Assembly: GCA_949292105.1 (NCBI GenBank)
Contig: CASEYK010000023.1
Span: 1 to 63,790, forward strand
Reading direction: 5' to 3'
Source: an uncultured bacterium
Lineage (GTDB): Bacteria; Bacillota_I; Bacilli_A; RFN20; CAG-826
Length of the DNA stretch: 63,790 bases
Positions 1-9,062 of this stretch are shown piece after piece; position 1 is the stretch's first letter, and every line of letters starts with the position of its first letter. The notes under the pieces are model-generated. The model was not told the DNA's origin, searched no databases, and saw nothing but the letters and a program-made list of their open reading frames with translations. The position numbers and the translations under genes were made by a program.

Positions 1-1392
1 GATAGCGTTTCATTAAGGTAGGTGGAAGAGATTCCATCTGCTTTTTGCTTCTAGATAATTTTAGCATCATATCCATCACATATTCTATCGAAGAATTTTT
101 TCATCTCATAAGTCATTCCGTCTGTGTTAATTACATTACGATATATATCTTCAAATGTTACTGTTGTTTCTAAATCATAAGGCATATCGTAATAATCGTC
201 TTTAAATCCAATTTTTACTATATTTTTATTTTGTTTCGCTTCTATTATCTTTGATAACTTCTCTATTGTTTTAAGTTTCCAAACATTAGGAACTTTATCA
301 AATCTAGTTGCGTAATAATGTGAGTTCATACATTCTTGTGAACATCCCTCGTAATTAGGATCTAAATAACATCTGAGACATTCTGAATTTGTTTTTAATA
401 GTTTTAGTAGCTTTCTAGACTCTGGATTTATATCGTCTTTGAGACAAGAGATAATATCTTTTTGAAAATCTTTATCATTTAATTCTTTCTCATTAGCGAT
501 TATTCCTGTTTGTTGCTTCAATGTATGTTCAACATGGAATTTATCTGGAACATATATTGCTTTGCAAACATATATCTTTTCTGGGGAAGATTGTATATAA
601 GTTGCTAAATCTCCGGAGACATATATTTCTTCACCTGTTAAAACTTTGTATTTCTTTTCTAAAATGTTATTGATTCTTTTAAAGAAAGTATTGATTTTAC
701 TTCCAGATATGATGGTTCTATTCTGTAATATTCTTTTCTCCCCTTTAACTTTGACTCCTTTAAAGATTGTTGCAGTTAATAAACGTTTTTGATTTTTCTC
801 ACCTTTTATATGAACATATTTTTCATCAATTTGAAGGTGTATTTTAGAATCATTTTTAATTATTTTATAGTTATCTACTATGTAGAATTCCGTTTGTTTT
901 ATTAATCGACATACAGTAGCTTTAGAAGCCGGTAAACCATCTTCGCATCCATATCTACCAGCCTTTTCATAGCTCATCTCACTTGCGGCTTCTATGATTT
1001 TTAGCTTTACAGAATCCATATAACGGTTTCTTTTGGGAATCGATAAAAATGCATCAAGAAGGTACCGATATTTATTTTCGTAGGTATCGTAATAATACCT
1101 TCTTTTAAATCTAAGCATTCCTATTGAGGTTTGTATTACTCGTTCCTTAAATTTAATTACCTTTAGATGCGATTGTCTGTTTTCATATAAAAATTGATCT
1201 AAGTTTTCTAGAAACAAAGCTATATTATTTAGACCAGATAATTTGATATCTTTTATAAAATAATTAACTATTTCTTCAAAAGAAGTTGTGTTGGTAGGTA
1301 TAATGTTCATGGGAGTTCTCCTTATTTCTTAAGCAAAAATAATTATAGAACTCCTTTTTATATTTCACGACCTACCTTTGTGAAACGTAATC
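1..1392 (-). mobile_element. Insertion sequence, ISLre2-like
   Basis: A single transposase ORF is bounded by imperfect 25-bp terminal inverted repeats: 1-25 GATAGCGTTTCATTAAGGTAGGTGG vs revcomp of 1368-1392 GATTACGTTTCACAAAGGTAGGTCG (20/25 identical). The left flank is outside the window, so no target duplication can be assessed. Confidence 0.8.
51..1310 (-). CDS. DDE transposase, ISLre2/UPF0236 family
   Basis: Motifs RxIxTSIGxLxFKRRYY, YLLDAFLSI, MSYEKA, IDE, SGD, DKFH and GCSQE are typical of this family; the ORF is flanked by IRs. Confidence 0.8.
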   Translation of the reverse strand: MNIIPTNTTSFEEIVNYFIKDIKLSGLNNIALFLENLDQFLYENRQSHLKVIKFKERVIQTSIGMLRFKRRYYYDTYENKYRYLLDAFLSIPKRNRYMDSVKLKIIEAASEMSYEKAGRYGCEDGLPASKATVCRLIKQTEFYIVDNYKIIKNDSKIHLQIDEKYVHIKGEKNQKRLLTATIFKGVKVKGEKRILQNRTIISGSKINTFFKRINNILEKKYKVLTGEEIYVSGDLATYIQSSPEKIYVCKAIYVPDKFHVEHTLKQQTGIIANEKELNDKDFQKDIISCLKDDINPESRKLLKLLKTNSECLRCYLDPNYEGCSQECMNSHYYATRFDKVPNVWKLKTIEKLSKIIEAKQNKNIVKIGFKDDYYDMPYDLETTVTFEDIYRNVINTDGMTYEMKKFFDRICDGYDAKII

Positions 1393-1522
1393 AAATTTAC
1401 TTATCAATTTGTATTGTTACTTTTGGCAATTAAAATTAAAAAATACAATACAATATTTATTATATTTAAGCGCTTAAAATAATTTTTTTGTCAGCATTTG
1501 TTTTGAAAAATTTAATGCTTGT

Positions 1523-2089
1523 CTAAAAATATTTTAAAATGACTGCTTGGTTTAGTCTTGCTATCTTGTCTGCTACAAGTTCTAATTCTGGTTTATAATT
1601 ATTTTTTGCCCATTCGGTTGCAATAGAAACTGAGCCATTTACCATAAAAATGATAATTGTTTCTATATCGTTGCTAATCGAGCGTTTCTTCGAATCTTTG
1701 CCAAAATATTTTAGAAGAACGAAGTCGATGATTTGATCAGTAGTTTGAAGGCGATAATCATCAGAAATCATCAGTTCAAATAGTTTTCGATTTCTTTTGA
1801 TGTAAGATAAAACATCAATAAGAATATCAGTGCTAATATTAATCTTTTCTGATTTAATTTTTGAGAAACATTCACAGACGAAATCGTTACACATAACTTT
1901 AATCAAGTCTTCAATTGAGTTGTAGTGGTTATAAAAAGTCCCGCGATTGATATTGCATCTTTGAATTAATTCCGCGACCGATATTTTGGTCGTCTTTTTT
2001 TCGCTGATAATATCAGCAATTGCGCGCTTTATTAAATCTTCAGTAAATCTATAGCGCAAATCGTTTTTGTTATGCGTTTTTTCATTCAT
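1523..2089 (-). CDS. TetR/AcrR family transcriptional regulator
   Basis: N-terminal DLRYRFT...ISVAELIQRCNINRGTFYNHY HTH. Start moved to MNEK (2089), 7 nt downstream of a TATAAT box; divergent from the ABC transporter. Confidence 0.9.
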   Translation of the reverse strand: MNEKTHNKNDLRYRFTEDLIKRAIADIISEKKTTKISVAELIQRCNINRGTFYNHYNSIEDLIKVMCNDFVCECFSKIKSEKINISTDILIDVLSYIKRNRKLFELMISDDYRLQTTDQIIDFVLLKYFGKDSKKRSISNDIETIIIFMVNGSVSIATEWAKNNYKPELELVADKIARLNQAVILKYF

Positions 2090-2188
2090 ACCAATAATTA
2101 TACACTTAATAGACGACTGTTCAATAAAATAACAAATGTTCATTATTTGACTATTGATTTAGCTTGTTTCATTCATATAATGAAAAGT

Positions 2189-2893
2189 ATGGAATATATG
2201 TTAGTTGCAAAAAATGTACGAAAAGAATATAAAGTAGGTGAAATCAAGATTGTCGCCGTTGACAATATATCTTTTGAAATTAAAAAAGGTGAATTAATTG
2301 TCATTTTAGGGCCTTCCGGCGCTGGTAAGACAACGCTTCTTAACCTAATTGGCGGTATGGATACCGCGACAAGTGGTGAGTTAGTTGTGAATGGTGTTGA
2401 TATCACCAAATTTAATAAAAAACAACTGACAGATTATCGTCGCAATCAAGTTGGATTTGTTTTTCAATTTTATAATTTGATGCCGAATTTAACTGCTCTT
2501 GAAAATGTTGAACTTGCTACTGAATTAAAAAAACGATGTTATGATCCTAAACAAGTATTAGCAGCTCTAGGTTTGGAAAACCGCTTGGATAATTTTCCTT
2601 CACAACTTTCTGGAGGAGAACAACAGCGTGTTAGTATCGCTCGCGCCATCGCTAAAAATCCTGATATCATTCTTTGCGATGAACCAACAGGAGCTTTAGA
2701 CTATAAAACTGGAAAAGTTATTTTATCGATTCTTCAAAATATTTGTCGCAAAAACAACAAAACTGTGATTATTGTGACTCATAATAGTGCGCTTAAAGAC
2801 ATGGGCAATAAAACGATACATGTTAAAAATGGTCGTATCGAAGAAATTGTGGTCAATGAACATCCGATGGATATTCGCAACATCAAGTGGTAG
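2189..2893 (+). CDS. ABC transporter ATP-binding protein (LolD/MacB-like)
   Basis: Walker A GPSGAGKT, signature LSGGEQQRV, Walker B ILCDEPT, H-loop VTH. Start moved to MEYML, 7 nt after TATAAT. Confidence 0.95.
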   Translation: MEYMLVAKNVRKEYKVGEIKIVAVDNISFEIKKGELIVILGPSGAGKTTLLNLIGGMDTATSGELVVNGVDITKFNKKQLTDYRRNQVGFVFQFYNLMPNLTALENVELATELKKRCYDPKQVLAALGLENRLDNFPSQLSGGEQQRVSIARAIAKNPDIILCDEPTGALDYKTGKVILSILQNICRKNNKTVIIVTHNSALKDMGNKTIHVKNGRIEEIVVNEHPMDIRNIKW

Positions 2894-2905
2894 TAGGGCA
2901 GCGTT

Positions 2906-4744
2906 ATGAAAGCATTTGGAAAAACTGTCGCTCGCATGTTCAAAGTCAACAAAGCGCGATTTGCTTTGATGGTTTCGATTATTTCTGTCTCTCTTTTTCT
3001 TTGTGCTGGTCTTGGCGTATGTCCTGACGCCATGACGAAAAGCTATCGTTATAATTTAGAAGAACACAATGTTTCTGACTTATTAGTCAAATCACAAAAT
3101 AGTACTGGATTTACCAGCGACGAGCTTGATTACTTTGAAAATAATAACAATATTCTTAAATATGAATCGTATTTCACAATGGACAACAAGCAATCGAATG
3201 ACAATCAACTTATTCGATATTATTATTTAGATTTAGATAAGCAAGATGTTAATACCATCGAGTTAAAAAGAGGGCGATGGCCACAAAACGAAAACGAATG
3301 TGTCATCGAACTGCCGGATGGTTTTCTGACCGACTACAAAATCGGCGATACAATAACTATTGAGAATCCTATTTTAAAGACTGAACAAGAAATAACAGTG
3401 GTAGGAAAAGTGTTTTCACCTTTATATTCGGCTAATGTTGGCGAGCCCTATCTTTTAGATTCTGATTTATACCTCGATATAATTATGTATTTTGATACCG
3501 GTTTTTCTTTTATGGGTGTACCAGCCTCTTTTATTCCTAATAACGAAATTAGCATCAGACTGCATAAAGATACCAAACTGTTAGAAGACGACTACGAAAA
3601 ATTTGTCAACGAGACTAAACTTGAATATGAAGAAGCGCTCGGCACAGAAAATGTTGCTGTTTTAACACTTTATGAAAACGCCGGCTATGCTTCCTTTGAT
3701 GCGGCTATTAACAAAGTTGGCTTGATAGCAATCATTTTTCCTATTTTTTTCATTTTGGTTTGTGCATTAGTGGCCTCGATTTCTACTAATCGTCTAATTG
3801 CCGATGACCGTTCGGTTATTGGCTGTTATTATTCGCTAGGGATACAAAGAAACAAAATTATTGGCAAATATTTTTGGTTTAATGCTCTTATTGTAATTAT
3901 CGGTGCAGTTGTCGGCATCACGACAGGTATCTTTTGTTTGCCCGCTATCATTCATCCAACTTTTGACATATCTTTTCATATGGGGCCGTTAATGTTTAGC
4001 GGTAATATTTGGATAGGTTTATTATTTTCAGCTATTCTTTTACTTACAGTTTTGGCTATTTGTTTGAGTGTTATTATTTCTAATTTAAATGAATCTCCAG
4101 CAAGTTTGTTGACTTATAAAGCTCCAAAGCCAGGTAAAAAGATTTTGTTGGAAAGAATCCCTTTTATTTGGAAACACTTAGCATTTCGTTTTAAATCAAG
4201 CGCTCGAAATATATTCAGATACAAGAAAAACATGATTCTTACTATTCTTTCTGTCATGGGATCGACTGTTTTAGTATTTGTGGGTCTAGGATTACTCGAT
4301 AATTCGTTTGCTCTTGTTGATGATCCTCTTTATGGTGGTATAAGTGATCCGATGAAGATTATTAGTGCTGCTGTAACAATTCTAGCGTGTGTATTATGTG
4401 CTTTAATCATCTTTAATCTAGTCAATATGAATGTCAGTGAAAGGTCGAGAGAATTAGCTACACTTAAGGTTTTGGGCTATCGTGACATCGAGTGTTCGTT
4501 TTATACTTTTAGAGAAACATTTACTCTGTCGATTGTGGGTGGATTATTTGGGCTGCCAGTCGGTCATGTTTTAATGAAATATGTCTTGATTTGGCTTGAT
4601 TTTGGCAGCGTTAACAATATTAAGTGGTACTCATATATTGGATCGTTTGTTCTAATAGTTGTTTTAACTTTACTGGTTAATTTTTTCCTTTACCCGAAAG
4701 TTGAAAAAATTGATATGAGCGATTCATTAAAAACTATTGATTAA
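2906..4744 (+). CDS. FtsX/MacB-like ABC permease
   Basis: TM, large extracellular domain, then two FtsX-like repeats (ERSRELATLKVLG); directly follows the ATPase. Confidence 0.9.
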   Translation: MKAFGKTVARMFKVNKARFALMVSIISVSLFLCAGLGVCPDAMTKSYRYNLEEHNVSDLLVKSQNSTGFTSDELDYFENNNNILKYESYFTMDNKQSNDNQLIRYYYLDLDKQDVNTIELKRGRWPQNENECVIELPDGFLTDYKIGDTITIENPILKTEQEITVVGKVFSPLYSANVGEPYLLDSDLYLDIIMYFDTGFSFMGVPASFIPNNEISIRLHKDTKLLEDDYEKFVNETKLEYEEALGTENVAVLTLYENAGYASFDAAINKVGLIAIIFPIFFILVCALVASISTNRLIADDRSVIGCYYSLGIQRNKIIGKYFWFNALIVIIGAVVGITTGIFCLPAIIHPTFDISFHMGPLMFSGNIWIGLLFSAILLLTVLAICLSVIISNLNESPASLLTYKAPKPGKKILLERIPFIWKHLAFRFKSSARNIFRYKKNMILTILSVMGSTVLVFVGLGLLDNSFALVDDPLYGGISDPMKIISAAVTILACVLCALIIFNLVNMNVSERSRELATLKVLGYRDIECSFYTFRETFTLSIVGGLFGLPVGHVLMKYVLIWLDFGSVNNIKWYSYIGSFVLIVVLTLLVNFFLYPKVEKIDMSDSLKTID

Positions 4745-4804
4745 AAATAGGTTAAATTATTCGTGTTTTACATTTTTTGTATCTTAATTTATAATTAAAT
4801 CGCT

Positions 4805-5218
4805 ATGGCGAAGGTAGTTTTAGACCATCAAGAAGATGGTATTTGTTTAATGTATGGCTTAGCTCAATTATGTGAAGGAGAAAAATTTTCTCAGACAGCA
4901 GTTATGCTTACGCCAAAAGAAATCCTTTTTTATGATGACAATACTCCAAACCAAGTTGTTAGCGATGCCCATTATCATCAAGCGCGCTTGAGAATTGTCA
5001 TTTCAGAGTTAAAAGCAGTTGTGGTACAAAAAATCAAATTTCGCGAAACTACCCCACTTTTTAAAATAATGTTCGTTAACAAAAATGTGAATTTAAACAA
5101 CATTCATTTATTTTGCTCAAAAAGTGATATGAAAATAGCAAAAAAATTTTTTCATTATTTACATTCTGCTGGGCTTAAAATCAAGCATAATAAATTTATG
5201 CACAGAGCTGACTTTTAG
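4805..5218 (+). CDS. Hypothetical protein, possible bacterial PH-like fold
   Basis: 137-aa ORF with its own TTTACA-17-TATAAT promoter; beta-strand pattern (AVMLTPKEILFYD...LRIVISELKAVVV) followed by a C-terminal helix. Confidence 0.6.
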   Translation: MAKVVLDHQEDGICLMYGLAQLCEGEKFSQTAVMLTPKEILFYDDNTPNQVVSDAHYHQARLRIVISELKAVVVQKIKFRETTPLFKIMFVNKNVNLNNIHLFCSKSDMKIAKKFFHYLHSAGLKIKHNKFMHRADF

Positions 5219-5288
5219 AATAAGAAGTTATTCAACATTGAATAAATATTTCAAATGTTTATAATCTAATATTTGAGGTGTGTTAAAA

Positions 5289-6743
5289 ATGAACGATTCT
5301 ATTTCCAAATGTTTATCAACATTTCTCGTTTATCGAGATTTGCCAAAAGATGTATCCCCACTTGATTCCAAAATTGACTTGTCTATTGAAAATTTTCCTA
5401 GGGTAGAAATTCGTACCCAAGAGGATTTAGACAATTATCTGAAGGACTTTTTTTCTAAAATTGATTTTACCAAAACAGGAATTTCTCTAAGCGGTGGAAT
5501 TGATTCCGCTCTATTGGCATCATATTGTCCTAAAGGCACAATTGCTTTTACGCTTAAATATCCTGAAGCTGAGGGAGTCGACGAAACTCATCAAGCTAGA
5601 ATCTATGCCGAAAAATTTGGCCTGCGTTTAATAGAAGTGCCTGTCACATTCCAAGATGTTTTGGATAATCAAGATGATTTGATGCTTCAAAAAGGAGAGC
5701 CTTTATCATCAATTGAAATTGGATTGTATAAAATTGGCTTGCGTGCCCTTGATTTCGGCTTAGAAAATATTATTACTGGCTCGGGCGCTGATGGAGTTTT
5801 TGGCGGTTTGTACAATTTGATGTCGAAAAAATGGAAAAATCAAGAATTCATTGAACGATTTACTTTTCTCTCGCCAGAAAAAGTTCTTAAAAATCCTGAA
5901 GAACCATTCGATTTTTATTCTGAATACTTTGGAGATGAATATTTCAATTTGTTTGGTTTTTTATCCGAGATATATGGCGTATCTACGACCAAATACTTTA
6001 ACAATGCTTTTAAATTAGCGGGTATTAAGTATTTATGCCCATATGAATATATTGATCGTTGCTTTGATCTTGATTTTTCAAGAATCGCCAACGGTGAAGA
6101 AAAATATTTTTTGCGCGGATTATTTAAACAAAGAGTAGGAGAATTATTTGTTCCGAGAAAGTATCCTCTGCCACGTCCATTGAATGTTTGGCAAAATTTA
6201 TATGGGCCGCTTAAAAATGAAGAATTTAAACCAAATGCTTATGAACTCTGTACTACAGGAGAAGAAAAATGGATTTTATATTCGCTAGATCATTATCTTT
6301 ATCTCTACAAAAATAAGTGCTTCAACCATTACGACACAATATATACAACAGGCGTTTATGATATGTTTCACATTGGTCATCTTAATGTTTTAAGAAGAGC
6401 AAGCAAAATGTGCAATAAACTTATTGTTGGTGTTACATCAGATGATCTAGTTTCGTATAAAGGCAAACATTCGATTATATGTTTCGAAGATAGAATCAAG
6501 ATAATTAGATGCTTACCCTTCGTTTATAAAGCAATTGTTCAAGAAAACATGGATAAAAAATCAGCATGCGAAAAATATAATGTCGATGCCATTGTTGTTG
6601 GGGACGATTGGAAAGGAACTGACAAATGGAATAAGTATGAAGAAGAATTGTCTGCGGTAGGAGTAGATATAGTATATCTTCCATATACTCAACGCATTTC
6701 TTCAACGAAACTTGTTTCAGACATTAAAGACAAAAAAGATTAG
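5289..6743 (+). CDS. Fusion: asparagine-synthetase-like (C-terminal adenylation) domain + glycerol-3-phosphate cytidylyltransferase-like (TagD/GCT) domain
   Basis: PP-loop SLSGGIDS and TGSGADGVFGG in the N-terminal part; TTGVYDMFHIGHLN (HxGH), VGDDWKG and RISST in the last ~140 aa. RBS GAGGTG precedes the ATG at 5289. Confidence 0.85.
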   Translation: MNDSISKCLSTFLVYRDLPKDVSPLDSKIDLSIENFPRVEIRTQEDLDNYLKDFFSKIDFTKTGISLSGGIDSALLASYCPKGTIAFTLKYPEAEGVDETHQARIYAEKFGLRLIEVPVTFQDVLDNQDDLMLQKGEPLSSIEIGLYKIGLRALDFGLENIITGSGADGVFGGLYNLMSKKWKNQEFIERFTFLSPEKVLKNPEEPFDFYSEYFGDEYFNLFGFLSEIYGVSTTKYFNNAFKLAGIKYLCPYEYIDRCFDLDFSRIANGEEKYFLRGLFKQRVGELFVPRKYPLPRPLNVWQNLYGPLKNEEFKPNAYELCTTGEEKWILYSLDHYLYLYKNKCFNHYDTIYTTGVYDMFHIGHLNVLRRASKMCNKLIVGVTSDDLVSYKGKHSIICFEDRIKIIRCLPFVYKAIVQENMDKKSACEKYNVDAIVVGDDWKGTDKWNKYEEELSAVGVDIVYLPYTQRISSTKLVSDIKDKKD

Positions 6744-6752
6744 TATCATTCA

Positions 6753-8192
6753 ATGGAACAAAAAAAAGCAGCCAAACATAAATCCGAAAAGTTTAAAAAT
6801 ATTCTGCCATTTATTTTTTCTATCATAAGTGCCTTTTTTGGTTTTGGTTTTAATTTTGTTTTAGCTCGATTTTTAGGTTCTTCCGTTTATGGTGATCTTC
6901 AATATTTAGTTTCGATTGCTACGACTTTTTCTTCGTTTTTTGTTTTTGGTCTTTCTTATTTTGTTATTAGGGAAGCAAAAAATTCCGTACACAATGGGCA
7001 ATTGATGGATAAAGTATTTACATTCTTTTTCTTTTTGCTCGCATTTCTTACCCCTATATTATTTTATATTTTGTACAACTATACGACAGGTTTAGAAAAC
7101 AATCTAAATTTATCATTATTGATTTTGGCTGTTGCAATTGTTATGAGTGTTAACACATTGGGCGCATCTTATTACCAAGGAATTGGCAAATACCACGAAT
7201 CCATATTTATTGAAAACATCCTTCCTAAATTGGCAATGTTTGTCTTAACTTTTGTTTTTCTTGGCTTTGGAAAGTTAGTATATTTCAGTGAAAACTATTT
7301 GCTGTATTACCTAGTAATATATGGTTTAATTGCCATATTCATTTTGAGAAAGTTTTTTCATAAACTTTCTTTAACACTCACCAAAAAAGAATATTTAAGC
7401 ATTTCTTTCTTTTTTGGTGTAACTATCACTTATTCACTTACTACGAACTTGACCAAAATTTTTCAAGGTGCTTTTTTCAATAATTCGCAGGTTTTAGGTG
7501 TTATATCTGTTTCACTATCAATGCTTCAATTACTTTCTGTTGTAACAGGAGTTGTTAACAACTTAACAAAACCTTTATATGCAAAGTTAAAGCGTGAAGG
7601 CGATATATCCGGGCTAATTGATATTTATCGACTCAGTACACGCGTAAATTCTTATGTTTGCATCCCGTTTTATATTTTTTTAATTACTCAAAGTGAAAAT
7701 TTTCTTCTGTTTTTTGGGTCCTCTTACACGATTTATCCACTTATTTTAATTATCTTGACTACCCAGTCAGCTGTTAACGAATTGTCTGGACCTACAGGAA
7801 CAATGTTATCAATGACGGGCAATGAAAAATATGAGTTGCTGAACGGCGCTATTAAATTAGGTGTCTTTTCCATTTGCTGTTTTATTTTTTCTTACGATCC
7901 TATTTATGGTTTATGCAATGCTCTTTTGGTTTCGGAAATAATTGTAAATCTTACTAAATATATTGAAGTTTGGGCAATTTTTAAAAGATCGCCAATGAAT
8001 GTTAAAACGATTTTTGGTATGTTGTTAATCTGCCTTTTTGATTTCTTAGCAATCTTCTTTTTGCGATACATCAGTAATTATTGGCTTTGGTTTGTTATAT
8101 CCCTAGTAGTTGGATTAGCTGTTATTTGTGCAAATTTCATTGTTGGGCTACACAAAAATGATTTCAAAAAAATAATGAAAATTGGCGTTTAA
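6753..8192 (+). CDS. wzx: Wzx-type polysaccharide flippase (MOP family)
   Basis: About 12-14 hydrophobic segments, LARFLGxxxYG motif, located in a polysaccharide locus. Confidence 0.85.
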   Translation: MEQKKAAKHKSEKFKNILPFIFSIISAFFGFGFNFVLARFLGSSVYGDLQYLVSIATTFSSFFVFGLSYFVIREAKNSVHNGQLMDKVFTFFFFLLAFLTPILFYILYNYTTGLENNLNLSLLILAVAIVMSVNTLGASYYQGIGKYHESIFIENILPKLAMFVLTFVFLGFGKLVYFSENYLLYYLVIYGLIAIFILRKFFHKLSLTLTKKEYLSISFFFGVTITYSLTTNLTKIFQGAFFNNSQVLGVISVSLSMLQLLSVVTGVVNNLTKPLYAKLKREGDISGLIDIYRLSTRVNSYVCIPFYIFLITQSENFLLFFGSSYTIYPLILIILTTQSAVNELSGPTGTMLSMTGNEKYELLNGAIKLGVFSICCFIFSYDPIYGLCNALLVSEIIVNLTKYIEVWAIFKRSPMNVKTIFGMLLICLFDFLAIFFLRYISNYWLWFVISLVVGLAVICANFIVGLHKNDFKKIMKIGV

Positions 8193-8199
8193 CAATTGA

Positions 8200-9051
8200 T
8201 TATTTATTTTCCCAAATATGGTATATTTCAGAATCGATAGTGTAATTTCCAGTCTCGTTAATAAATCTATCATCTTTTTTTGGAGTCATATAATCTGATC
8301 CGTAAGTTTGGTAGAGCATTTTGTTGTATTCAATCGGCGCAGGAAATTTTTGCCCTTCAAAATTAATCAAAACTGTACTTGTAAAACAATCACTATCAAA
8401 AACTTTTTGGTTTATTGGCCGCGATATAAACATTTGTCTGACAAACTTATCAGTTCTTTTACCATATTTTTCTGAATAGTAGTCTATTTTTTTATTTATA
8501 TGGTGCAAACTAAATGGTGATAGAAGTACCTTTAAAAAGAACAAACCTATTCTTTTGGAAAACGTTTGTTTATCGATTAATCTTGTTTTGACATATTGCA
8601 TAAAATTATATGTTTTCATTTTACGCCTTATTTTTTCAAAACATTTTTTATCTTCTGGTATAAAATCTAACACAAAAATGTCGATGTGTACTTGATGATT
8701 ATATTTTTTTGCGAGCATAGCGTTGCTATAAACATTTTTCAAAATAATTCTTATGAATGGATGGATACAATTTTTGTCTTTCTGATAATATTCGGCGTAG
8801 AGAAGTCCGCCGCTATAATTTTCTATGTCGTCAATAAAATTGTACAATTTGTTGAAATCTTCCCTAAGAGTTGCAACATCGACATCATCGTCCCAAGGAA
8901 TAAATCCTTTTTCTCTAACCGCGCCTAGTAGCGTCCCAAACGCCATAAAATATTTAATATTGTGCTCTCGAAGAAAAGAATCTAAAATTACCATTGCTTT
9001 CACATAAATTTTTTGTAATTCTTTTAAACTAATTGCTTGTTTGATACTCAT
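8200..9051 (-). CDS. licD: LicD-family phosphotransferase
   Basis: GTLLGAVREKGFIPWDDDVD, HIDIF and YGxDYMTP motifs. Confidence 0.9.
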   Translation of the reverse strand: MSIKQAISLKELQKIYVKAMVILDSFLREHNIKYFMAFGTLLGAVREKGFIPWDDDVDVATLREDFNKLYNFIDDIENYSGGLLYAEYYQKDKNCIHPFIRIILKNVYSNAMLAKKYNHQVHIDIFVLDFIPEDKKCFEKIRRKMKTYNFMQYVKTRLIDKQTFSKRIGLFFLKVLLSPFSLHHINKKIDYYSEKYGKRTDKFVRQMFISRPINQKVFDSDCFTSTVLINFEGQKFPAPIEYNKMLYQTYGSDYMTPKKDDRFINETGNYTIDSEIYHIWENK

Positions 9052-9062
9052 CTTAAGCTCCT

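Noticed and set aside
1465-1478. Perfect palindrome TTTAAGCGCTTAAA downstream of tetR
   Set aside because: No loop or U-tail and no clear associated promoter; a function cannot be supported.
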